Made by a program: the position numbers and the translations under genes. This document shows, piece after piece, positions 1 to 8,369 of a stretch of 64,000 bases of DNA. Within the stretch, counting starts at the first letter, position 1, and each line of letters opens with the position of its first letter. Below the pieces are notes generated by a model. That model had not been told where the DNA came from. It saw nothing but the letters and a program-made list of their open reading frames with translations, and did no database searches. Source of the DNA: a virus; the IMG/VR virus record IMGVR_UViG_3300011113_000747, positions 64,001-128,000 of that record; one strand, written 5' to 3'.

Positions 1-364
1 TTTCTGCAGTTTCGTAATCAGATTTATTCGAAACGAACATAGACTCAAATTTTTTGAGCATATCTCTTGCATTACTTGCATCTATTGAATCTACATCAAA
101 GTTAGCAATCATTGATCTAGTTGACTCATCAGGTTCAGATGTAACTACAGTTTGTAATAATGTTACAAGCTTTTTAATCATGTTAACTTCACCTTGAGAT
201 GTTAGTTTCAGTACTTCTTGCTGTTCTGGTGCTTGAGGTTCAGCTGCCATTGTTGGGTCATTACCTTCTGGTGATGGTGGTGATGCATCACCACCAGCTT
301 CTGGAAATGGAGCTGCTTCTAACAATGAATATGCTTGTTCGATTAATTTGAGAGTTTTTTTCAT
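1..364 (-). CDS. Hypothetical protein, truncated at window edge; putative internal head protein
   Basis: Not in ORF track. ATG at 364-362 overlaps the TGA of the upstream ORF (ATGA); reads MKKTLKLIEQAYSLLEAAPFPEAGG... and stays open to position 1. Confidence 0.7.
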   Translation of the reverse strand, partial: MKKTLKLIEQAYSLLEAAPFPEAGGDASPPSPEGNDPTMAAEPQAPEQQEVLKLTSQGEVNMIKKLVTLLQTVVTSEPDESTRSMIANFDVDSIDASNARDMLKKFESMFVSNKSDYETAE

Positions 365-774
365 ACTGTTTTTGTTGTTGGTGTGTTCACCTGCTTTAAT
401 AAATTATCATACTGCTTTTTTAACTTTGCAGTAGTATTTTTATATAATTGAACTATTTGAGGTTCTAATGTTTTTCTTTCTCTTACAGCTCCTTTAGCTG
501 CTCTCGAATTAGAATCCACAACACCTCCTAGTAAACCTGTTCTATCAGCCATATTTTGAACTGTTGTATCAACAGCTAGTCTTGATGTGTAAGGATCTTC
601 AGCTTCTTCGTCTGGTATGTCTTCCCCAATATAAAATGTAATTGCTACCCCCTTTTCGGTTTTTTTGATATCAACTCCAGCATCTCTCAATTTTTGAATT
701 GTTCCATCATCTAGAATATTGGATGATGAGCTACCTGGCTGATTTTCATTTATTAGATCTAAAAACTTCGACAT
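361..774 (-). CDS. Hypothetical protein, putative internal head protein
   Basis: Track ORF 361-798; start moved to MSKFLDLINE because a TAAATA box lies just upstream of that ATG. Confidence 0.6.
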   Translation of the reverse strand: MSKFLDLINENQPGSSSSNILDDGTIQKLRDAGVDIKKTEKGVAITFYIGEDIPDEEAEDPYTSRLAVDTTVQNMADRTGLLGGVVDSNSRAAKGAVRERKTLEPQIVQLYKNTTAKLKKQYDNLLKQVNTPTTKTV

Positions 775-785
775 ATTGATATTTA

Positions 786-1319
786 TTATTTTAACCAAAA
801 TTTAACCTTTGTCTCTGTTTTATAAATATTTGATAACGATTTTAATCCATGTTTATCCAAAAATCTATAAACTTTCTCAGATTTTATCTCTTTTTTACTA
901 ATAGATTTTTGCAACTTTTCCTGTAAAAAAGCATCGGTTTTAAGCTCTTCTGCATAAGCTTTAAATGAATATCCACCACAAACAAAGCAAATATTCATAT
1001 TGTTCTTAAGCTTTTTAATAAACTCGACAAAAAATTTCAAAAATACCTTCTTATCATTATCACCAATTAAACAACAGGATTGTAATTTAAGCTTATCTAC
1101 ATAAAAAACTTTTTTATCTAGAGTCTTTTGATCAATAAAATACGATATAATACATTCAATTATAGAGTGATAAAATATTTTTTTAACATCTTCGTTAGTT
1201 ATATCATTTACCATAGAATATGTTGTAAGAGACGACAGATATTTCTTGCAGCAGTTTTTATCTACAAACTGGAGGAAATCAATTAGCTGAATACCTCTAT
1301 GTGGTATTTTATACGTCAT
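786..1319 (-). CDS. Hypothetical protein
   Basis: 177-aa ORF, ATGA overlap with upstream GIY-YIG gene. Confidence 0.65.
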   Translation of the reverse strand: MTYKIPHRGIQLIDFLQFVDKNCCKKYLSSLTTYSMVNDITNEDVKKIFYHSIIECIISYFIDQKTLDKKVFYVDKLKLQSCCLIGDNDKKVFLKFFVEFIKKLKNNMNICFVCGGYSFKAYAEELKTDAFLQEKLQKSISKKEIKSEKVYRFLDKHGLKSLSNIYKTETKVKFWLK

Positions 1320-1729
1320 TCTTCTATTATATGACTCTTTGGCGCTTTTCCAATACGACAGTTAATAATTCCGTTATAATAATTTTCTGACACCAAAACA
1401 TCTAACTGAAACTGTATTTTTGACTCGTAATAAGCTAACTCCCATTTACTGTTACAGAACTGTAAAATGTCAAACTTAAAATTTTCCTTGCCATATTTTT
1501 CAATATCAGCATTTAATTCATTTGATGAACCAGTATAAGTACGCCAATCCGTTTCAACCTCTTTATGTCTTTTATTTTTGCGACCCTTTAAAGGTGGCAT
1601 TTTTTTAACTGACTTCATTTGTTTTTTACCAATATACGATTTATTGTTAGCAAGATTTGTAATCTTGTAAATAAACCCATATGCTGAATCAGGTATTTCA
1701 GTTATATTCCAATGTCCAAAGTCGTTCAT
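1316..1729 (-). CDS. GIY-YIG family endonuclease
   Basis: YGFIYKITNLANNKSYIGKK motif, later E..DWRTYTGSS and YYNG. Confidence 0.85.
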   Translation of the reverse strand: MNDFGHWNITEIPDSAYGFIYKITNLANNKSYIGKKQMKSVKKMPPLKGRKNKRHKEVETDWRTYTGSSNELNADIEKYGKENFKFDILQFCNSKWELAYYESKIQFQLDVLVSENYYNGIINCRIGKAPKSHIIEE

Positions 1730-1968
1730 TTTTTCTTACGCTTGCGGCGTCTTTTACTTAAGCCGCCTCTGCGCTGAACTCCACCGAGTGCTTTCGGCAT
1801 TCTAGAATCACCTGGAGCGTAGATCGAATCATTAGATGTAAACCTACCTTCATTTGGATTATAGATACCACCATCGTTATCAACAGCACCACCAAAGACA
1901 GAGTTAGCTCCCCCTGCTACATTATCTTCTTCGATAAGCTTTAAAAAAATATCCTTGAAAGTTGACAT
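1726..1968 (-). CDS. Small hypothetical protein, putative internal head protein
   Basis: MSTFKDIFLKLIEED N-terminus, basic tail RRRKRKKK, TATAAATA at 1987-1980. Confidence 0.65.
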   Translation of the reverse strand: MSTFKDIFLKLIEEDNVAGGANSVFGGAVDNDGGIYNPNEGRFTSNDSIYAPGDSRMPKALGGVQRRGGLSKRRRKRKKK

Positions 1969-1989
1969 CTTGGTATTATTATTTATAAT
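1962..1989 (+). promoter_or_regulatory. Sigma70-like promoter of uvsY
   Basis: TTGACA(1962-67)-N16-TATAAT(1984-89), 5 nt before ATG 1995. Confidence 0.75.
1980..1987 (-). promoter_or_regulatory. T4-type late promoter TATAAATA
   Basis: Exact T4 late consensus on minus strand, 11 nt before ATG 1968; overlaps the uvsY -10 box. Confidence 0.65.
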
Positions 1990-1994
1990 TAAGA

Positions 1995-2390
1995 ATGAGT
2001 CTGCTAAGTAAATATATAAAAGAGGTTGAGCAAGACCTCGTATTGAATGATTTCAATATTAAAGAAACACAATTAAGACTACCAGCTCGTAAACATTTTT
2101 GGGTAGCAAGATTGATTGAAGCAAAACGTGATCTTCAAAACCTTGTTGAAAAGGAAAAAAAGCTAACTAAAAAACTATCTGTTAAAGTGAAGGAGCAAGC
2201 TCCAGTTCATCTTACTGATAAAGCTGTAAGTAATCTTATCGACGAACAAGATGAAATGGTCTCGATAAAAGAACAAAAACGCGACCTTTCTAATGTTATC
2301 GAATATCTTGAAAAGGTTGAAAAAATACTTTCAAGTATGCACTGGGAAGTCAAAAACATTATTGATCTCAATAAACTTGAAACATTATGA
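1995..2390 (+). CDS. uvsY: Recombination mediator UvsY
   Basis: Size, helical pattern (..HFW..LIEAK.., YLE.V.K.L.S..W.VKN.ID..K) and position directly before uvsW. Confidence 0.75.
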   Translation: MSLLSKYIKEVEQDLVLNDFNIKETQLRLPARKHFWVARLIEAKRDLQNLVEKEKKLTKKLSVKVKEQAPVHLTDKAVSNLIDEQDEMVSIKEQKRDLSNVIEYLEKVEKILSSMHWEVKNIIDLNKLETL

Positions 2391-3802
2391 AATTTGACCT
2401 CAAAAGTAATAAGCTTATTTTTCAATGCGAAACTGAATTGTTTAAGCAGGTAAGAGAACATTTTAGTTGTCCTTATGAAGGTCATTCTTTCATGAAAAGA
2501 AAAAATAAGTTTATACCAAGCCGCAAATATTTCATTACACCTACAGGTCAATGTGAGATGGGTATGTTTTGGGAGATTAACAAATACCTTCATGAATGCA
2601 ATATTGTTGTACCATCATCATGCATTACTAAAGAGCTTTCAGATTACCTTACAAAACAGTATGACTTAAAGTTCTATAACAATTTAAAAGCTGATGGTAA
2701 TACCTTAAGAGAATATCAAGAAGATGCAGTTAAAATAGCACTTAGGTATGGCCGTGGTATTTGTCTGATGGGTACCGGGGCAGGTAAAACTATTACAACA
2801 GCAACATTAATTGAAAATTATTATCTAAATGCAACTAATAAAAATGCATTTAAATGTTTAGTTGTAGTACCTGATCTTGGTCTTGTTACACAAACATACA
2901 ACGATTTCCTTTCATATGGTGTTTCCTTCAAACCAACTAAATGGACAGGAAAACATGCACCTGATTTAACATCAAATGTGTTTGTGGTCAATCTTGGTAT
3001 TTTACAAAGTAAGTTTGAGGAAAATAAGTGGTTGGAACATATCGATCTATTAATTGTTGATGAATGCCATAAAGGAAAGGCTGAAGTAACAGGAAAGATT
3101 ATTTCCAAAATAAAAACATCACATAAGTATGGTTTCACAGGAACATTACCAGATAAGAACGGTGATAGGTGGTCTGTACTTGGTAAACTCGGACCAATCA
3201 TATTTGAGAAGAATTCCTACGAGTTGAGACAGGAAAATTACCTTACAAACGTTGAAGTTAAGTGTGTAAATCTATGTTATAAACCTGTTCCTAGAATGAA
3301 ATATAGAGAGGAACTAGATTTCCTTTATGAGTCGGAGTTTAGGAACAACACGATTAAGGAAATCGCGACCAAATTTCCTAAAAATGTCCTCATTCTAATC
3401 AACCATATCCGACATGGGGAAATTCTAATGGAAAAACTTCGCGGACTTTCCAAAAAGGTTTTCTTCATTCAAGGGAAAGTTGAGGTGGAAGAACGGGAAA
3501 AGATTAAGGAAATTATTGAGAAACACGACGATGTAGTGTGTATTGCGTTAAGTTCCATCTTTTCGACTGGTGTTAATATTAAGAATTTACACATGATTAT
3601 GTTTGCCGCAGGTGGGAAAGCCTTTATTCGTACAGTGCAATCGATTGGTCGTGGCTTGCGACTACATCCTTCTAAAAATAAACTATACATTTTTGACTTA
3701 ATTGACAATCTTCGTTATGGTTCCGAACATGGAGATGCAAGAAAAGACATCTATCAACGAGAAAAAATACAATTTATTGAAAAAAATATTAGAGAACCTT
3801 GA
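2387..3802 (+). CDS. uvsW: SF2 helicase UvsW
   Basis: LREYQ, GTGAGKT, VDECH, GFTGT, QSIGRGLR motifs. Confidence 0.93.
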   Translation: MKFDLKSNKLIFQCETELFKQVREHFSCPYEGHSFMKRKNKFIPSRKYFITPTGQCEMGMFWEINKYLHECNIVVPSSCITKELSDYLTKQYDLKFYNNLKADGNTLREYQEDAVKIALRYGRGICLMGTGAGKTITTATLIENYYLNATNKNAFKCLVVVPDLGLVTQTYNDFLSYGVSFKPTKWTGKHAPDLTSNVFVVNLGILQSKFEENKWLEHIDLLIVDECHKGKAEVTGKIISKIKTSHKYGFTGTLPDKNGDRWSVLGKLGPIIFEKNSYELRQENYLTNVEVKCVNLCYKPVPRMKYREELDFLYESEFRNNTIKEIATKFPKNVLILINHIRHGEILMEKLRGLSKKVFFIQGKVEVEEREKIKEIIEKHDDVVCIALSSIFSTGVNIKNLHMIMFAAGGKAFIRTVQSIGRGLRLHPSKNKLYIFDLIDNLRYGSEHGDARKDIYQREKIQFIEKNIREP

Positions 3803-3826
3803 TTTAATCTCTTTATATCATATATT
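3799..3826 (+). promoter_or_regulatory. Sigma70-like promoter of gp55
   Basis: TTGATT-N16-TATATT, 5 nt before ATG 3832; -35 box contains the uvsW TGA stop. Confidence 0.6.
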
Positions 3827-3831
3827 GTGCT

Positions 3832-4287
3832 ATGAGTTCCAAAAAAGAAAAAAAAGAACACTACGTAAACTCTGAAGATTTCAAGAGAGAGCTTCAAAAG
3901 TATTACGACTCTGATGTAATGACTGAGATATTAGGTGTATATATTAAAAAAATTGCAACTGGTCTTAGTTATCTACCTAATTTTATTAACTACACCTATA
4001 AAGATGACATGATAGGTGATGCTCTTATTAAGATGTACAGTGCTCTTAAGAACAAAAAGTATGATTTTTCATCTGGATCCAATCCATTCTCGTATTTTAC
4101 AACGATTGCCTTTCATGCTTTCATTAATAGGATTAAAAAAGAACAAAAACATCACGAAACAATCACAAATTATAAGTCGCAGGTATACGAATCTATGATG
4201 ACCGACCCTGAGATGTCAAATTATGTCTATGTAAAGCCTGAAGGTGATGGTGATGACATGGACTCATATTATAACGAAAATGATTAA
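3832..4287 (+). CDS. gp55: Late-transcription sigma factor gp55
   Basis: HYVN..DF, IATGLSYLPNFINYTYKDDMIGDA, NPFSYFTTIAFHAFINRIKKE; upstream of gp47/gp46. Confidence 0.9.
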   Translation: MSSKKEKKEHYVNSEDFKRELQKYYDSDVMTEILGVYIKKIATGLSYLPNFINYTYKDDMIGDALIKMYSALKNKKYDFSSGSNPFSYFTTIAFHAFINRIKKEQKHHETITNYKSQVYESMMTDPEMSNYVYVKPEGDGDDMDSYYNEND

Positions 4288-5335
4288 TAAGTCGAGAGTA
4301 GCGATCTTTTCTGATTTACATTTAGGTGTTCATGGTAATTCAAACCAATGGCATGAAATTGCTTTAAATTGGTGTCGTTGGTTTGTTGAAGATCTGAAAC
4401 GTAACAATATTAAAGATGTTATCTTCTGTGGTGATTGGCATCATAATAGAAGTGAAATATCTGTTGATACACTTACCGTATCAGCTGAAATATTTGAGTT
4501 ACTAAGTGAGTTTAACCTCACTGTTATAACTGGTAACCATGATATGTATTTCAAACATAGAACTGATGTGCATTCACTTAACATTGTTAAGGGTAAAGAA
4601 AATGTAAACGTTATTGATAAACCGTTTGTTTTAGAACGTTTCGATAAAACTCTAGCATTTTTACCTTGGGGTTTTTCACTCAACGACGTACCTAATGGTG
4701 ATATTCTTTTCGGTCATTTAGAAATCGAATCTTTTAAAATGAACTCAATGAAAGATTGCGATGAAGGAATGAAAGCAAGTGAGCTGCTTCGTAAGTTTAA
4801 TCTTATTATATCAGGACACTTTCATACAAGACATGAACGTAATTTTGGAGCTGGTACAATCCTCTATACCGGTAATCCTTTTGAAATGGATTTTGGTGAT
4901 TGTGGTAATGATAAAGGGTACTATATCCTTGATATTGAGACTAATGAGTTGCAGTTCATTCAGAATAATATATCACCAAGATATAAAAAGATAACTCTTA
5001 GTGATATGGTAAGCATTGGTACTATTGATAATAGTATTAAATCAATTTTTAATAACAACTTTGTAAAGCTAAAAATTGACAAAAATATTAGTTCTGATGA
5101 TATGGATATTTTACGTGGTAAGTTAAGCCAACTTAAACCTACAAGCTTCATCGTTGAATATGATTTTGATTACAATAAACTTATTACAAAAGATACCTGG
5201 TTAACTCAATCTTTAGATGATTCAATTAATATACCAACTGCAATCGAAGAGTTTATTAATTTACTGGATATTGAAGATAAAAAATCTATATTAGACTATA
5301 CTCTCAACCTTTATGGTAAGTGTACAACGGTATGA
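4280..5335 (+). CDS. gp47: Recombination endonuclease gp47 (Mre11/SbcD-like)
   Basis: SDLHLG, CGDWHH, GNHD, GHLE, SGHFH metallophosphoesterase motifs; start at MINKS overlapping gp55 stop. Confidence 0.9.
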   Translation: MINKSRVAIFSDLHLGVHGNSNQWHEIALNWCRWFVEDLKRNNIKDVIFCGDWHHNRSEISVDTLTVSAEIFELLSEFNLTVITGNHDMYFKHRTDVHSLNIVKGKENVNVIDKPFVLERFDKTLAFLPWGFSLNDVPNGDILFGHLEIESFKMNSMKDCDEGMKASELLRKFNLIISGHFHTRHERNFGAGTILYTGNPFEMDFGDCGNDKGYYILDIETNELQFIQNNISPRYKKITLSDMVSIGTIDNSIKSIFNNNFVKLKIDKNISSDDMDILRGKLSQLKPTSFIVEYDFDYNKLITKDTWLTQSLDDSINIPTAIEEFINLLDIEDKKSILDYTLNLYGKCTTV

Positions 5336-7137
5336 AAAACGTTTTATTCAAAAGTCTTAAGATTCAAAATTACCTTTCAGTTGGAAACAATCCTGTGTGC
5401 ATTAACTTTAATGCAGGTATTAATCTAATTACTGGTATTAATAAAGATAAGCCAGATAGAAGAAATGCAATTGGTAAATCTACTATAGCTGATGCATTAT
5501 ACTTTGGTATTTTTGGAGACCCTTTGCGTGAGATTAAAAAAGATCTCGTAATTAATAATATTACTGGTGGTACAACTACCATTGAAATTGAGTATGATGT
5601 AATAACTTCGAAAGAAACAAATTCATATAAAGTTATTCGTAAACTTAACCCATCAAAGGTTTTTATCTATAAAGATGGTGAAGATGCAACTAGAGATACC
5701 ATCGCAAATACCAACAAATATATTTGCGAAACTCTAAGTGCTACACCTTCATTATTTCAAAATTGTGTTATTATGACTGTTAATAACGCAGTACCTTTTA
5801 TGGCTAAAAATAAGGTCGAAAAGAGAAAATTTATCGAAGATATTTTTGGACTTGAAGTGTTTAGTAATATGTTATCAGAACTGCGTGGTGAATTAAATGC
5901 AGTTTCAAGAGAATATGAACTCGAGCAAGCAAAATATAACGAAGTTGAACGTACTGTTTCCGAATATGAAAAACAGAAACTTAAGGTATTAGATCATAGA
6001 AAGCAAAAACATGCTACATATCTAACACGTCAAAAAGAAAATGAGGACAATTTACATAAGCTTGAAACCAAGAGGGATGCTATTTTTTGGTTTGATGAAA
6101 CCTTGGTAAAAGAAAATATTGAAAAGCTTAAAGGTGGTATTACTAAATGTGATACTGCTATTAATGATAAAAATCATTTTATCGGTGAACTAACTGCAAA
6201 GATTAAAAACCTCAAAACCAACTTATCTAAGATCGGTACCGATGAAGATAAATGTCCAGTTTGCTTAAGATCAATTGAGGATCACGATGCTAATTATATC
6301 GAAGCTGAAAAAGAGAAAATTGAAGCTGAAATTAAAACGTATTTGGTGTCTCTCAAAGATGCAAAAGATGAGGTAATATCTATTCAGAATAAAAAAGACA
6401 GCATTAGCAATAAATTGAGAGAAGAAGAAAACAAACTTTCAAAAAATAAACTTAATACACAAGAAGAAAAAAACCTAACAGAAAAAATTGAACAGATTTA
6501 TAAATGGCAAAAATCTCTTATTGAGGATATTGAGCAAGTAGAAAATACTCAAACGGAATTTGACACTCTCATTGAAACTTCTAAAGTACGGGTTAATGAA
6601 CTCAATACATGCATTATTGAAAAGAAAAATAAAGTGCAAATGCTTGAAGTAGTTAAGTATGTTATTAGTGAAGAAGGTGTTAAGTCATACATTGTTAACA
6701 AATTGCTTGAACTTCTCAATGGTAGGTTGATGTATTATCTCAAAAAGCTTGACAGTAATGCTATTTGTTATTTTAATGAGTTTTTTGAAGAAGAGCTTGT
6801 TAATGATAAAAATAAAATTTGCTCATACTTTAACTTCTCTGGAGCTGAACGTAAGAGTGTTGACCTGGCATGTTTGTTTACTTTCTCTGACTTGAGAAGA
6901 ATGCAGGGTGGTGTTCAATATAATATTGCTTTTTATGATGAGTTATTTGATTCATCATTTGATAGTAAGGGTGTTGAACTTATAAGTGAAATACTTAAAG
7001 AACGTACTGAACAATTTAATGAGTGTATCTATATTATTTCACACAGGCCTGAATCACTAAAATCTGTTACAGGTGAAGTTGTATACTTAGAAAAAGAAAA
7101 TGGTATTACTAACCGAGTTGAGTTTACTGATATTTGA
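5332..7137 (+). CDS. gp46: Recombination ATPase gp46 (Rad50/SbcC-like)
   Basis: N..GKST Walker A, coiled coil with CPVC zinc hook, FSGAE signature, FYDE Walker B, ISH. Confidence 0.93.
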   Translation: MKNVLFKSLKIQNYLSVGNNPVCINFNAGINLITGINKDKPDRRNAIGKSTIADALYFGIFGDPLREIKKDLVINNITGGTTTIEIEYDVITSKETNSYKVIRKLNPSKVFIYKDGEDATRDTIANTNKYICETLSATPSLFQNCVIMTVNNAVPFMAKNKVEKRKFIEDIFGLEVFSNMLSELRGELNAVSREYELEQAKYNEVERTVSEYEKQKLKVLDHRKQKHATYLTRQKENEDNLHKLETKRDAIFWFDETLVKENIEKLKGGITKCDTAINDKNHFIGELTAKIKNLKTNLSKIGTDEDKCPVCLRSIEDHDANYIEAEKEKIEAEIKTYLVSLKDAKDEVISIQNKKDSISNKLREEENKLSKNKLNTQEEKNLTEKIEQIYKWQKSLIEDIEQVENTQTEFDTLIETSKVRVNELNTCIIEKKNKVQMLEVVKYVISEEGVKSYIVNKLLELLNGRLMYYLKKLDSNAICYFNEFFEEELVNDKNKICSYFNFSGAERKSVDLACLFTFSDLRRMQGGVQYNIAFYDELFDSSFDSKGVELISEILKERTEQFNECIYIISHRPESLKSVTGEVVYLEKENGITNRVEFTDI

Positions 7138-7151
7138 TATAAATTTGTAAT

Positions 7152-8351
7152 ATGTTTCCATCGCCGTTTGTATCCCCTTTCATTCCAGTTCAAGGCGCTA
7201 AATTAGCTTTTACACCCACAAAACCGAAAGAAATTCCAGCACCTCGCGAGCTTTCTTTACCTCGTGTTGTTAACTACCTTGCTGACTACAGTGGCTGTGG
7301 ACATTGGAGAGTTATTTGGCCTGAACAGATTTTAAACGGCAATGGTATGATGATATCACAATCAAATACATGTATGGTATTTGATCCTAAATGGTATGAA
7401 GGTGTTACTGCAATTAAAATTCAGAGACAAGCAACTACAGATCAAAAACGATTTATTGAGTACTTGAAGTCTATTCAAGCTCAATGTGGATTTAAAATAA
7501 TCTATGAAGTTGATGATGTGGTCTTCAGAGAAGATATTCCCGACTACAACAAGTTTAAATTTGCATTTGATAATGATGAGGTAAGACAAAATTGTATTGA
7601 TATTATCAACATGGCTGATGAGGTCACTGTAACATGTGACTACATGAGAGATTTATATAGAGAAAAAACTGGTAAGCAAGAAATTACAGTCATTCCTAAC
7701 TTCCCTCCATATTTCTGGATGGGCTATCTTTTCAATCATTCTAAAGTATGTAACTCATTAGATAAAAATCACAAAAAACCCCGTATTCTTTATACGGGGT
7801 CTGGAGCTCATTATGACGTAGACAATAAAGTTGGTGGTAAGGATGATTTTGAGCATGTAATTCAAGTGATCATTGATACCAGACACAAATATCAGTGGGT
7901 GTTTATGGGTTCATTCCCACCACCACTTTTACCATATGTGCAGTCTGGTGAGATTGAGTTTCATCAATGGCAAACACTTTATCAATATCCAAAGAAGATT
8001 TATGAACTTGATATTAATTTGATGATTGCTCCGTTGCAGGATAACCCATTCAACAGATCTAAGTCTGATATTAAATTCATCGAGGCATGCTTATTCGGTA
8101 TACCTGTTATTTGTCAGGATATGGTTACATATAAGGATGCACCACTTAAATTTAAAACTGGTGAGCAGCTTAAAGAGCTTATTGCATCAACACTCAAAAA
8201 TAAACCAAAATATCGCAAGATGTCTATAGAAATGAGACAAATTGGCGAACAACGCATTCTTGAAAAACAAGAAAACATTGGATGCATTTTTGAAGCATAC
8301 ACCACACCATATAATTCTCCTGAAAGAAAATACTTGAAGAAGTGGAATTAG
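7152..8351 (+). CDS. Glycosyltransferase, GT-B fold-like
   Basis: DYSGCGHWR, YEVDD, VTVT, ILYTGS..H, IAPL..NPFNRSKSDIKFIEA...GIPVI. Confidence 0.75.
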   Translation: MFPSPFVSPFIPVQGAKLAFTPTKPKEIPAPRELSLPRVVNYLADYSGCGHWRVIWPEQILNGNGMMISQSNTCMVFDPKWYEGVTAIKIQRQATTDQKRFIEYLKSIQAQCGFKIIYEVDDVVFREDIPDYNKFKFAFDNDEVRQNCIDIINMADEVTVTCDYMRDLYREKTGKQEITVIPNFPPYFWMGYLFNHSKVCNSLDKNHKKPRILYTGSGAHYDVDNKVGGKDDFEHVIQVIIDTRHKYQWVFMGSFPPPLLPYVQSGEIEFHQWQTLYQYPKKIYELDINLMIAPLQDNPFNRSKSDIKFIEACLFGIPVICQDMVTYKDAPLKFKTGEQLKELIASTLKNKPKYRKMSIEMRQIGEQRILEKQENIGCIFEAYTTPYNSPERKYLKKWN

Positions 8352-8361
8352 TTCATATAAT
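8334..8361 (+). promoter_or_regulatory. Sigma70-like promoter of gp43
   Basis: TTGAAG-N16-TATAAT, 8 nt before ATG 8370. Confidence 0.65.
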
Positions 8362-8369
8362 AAGACGAA

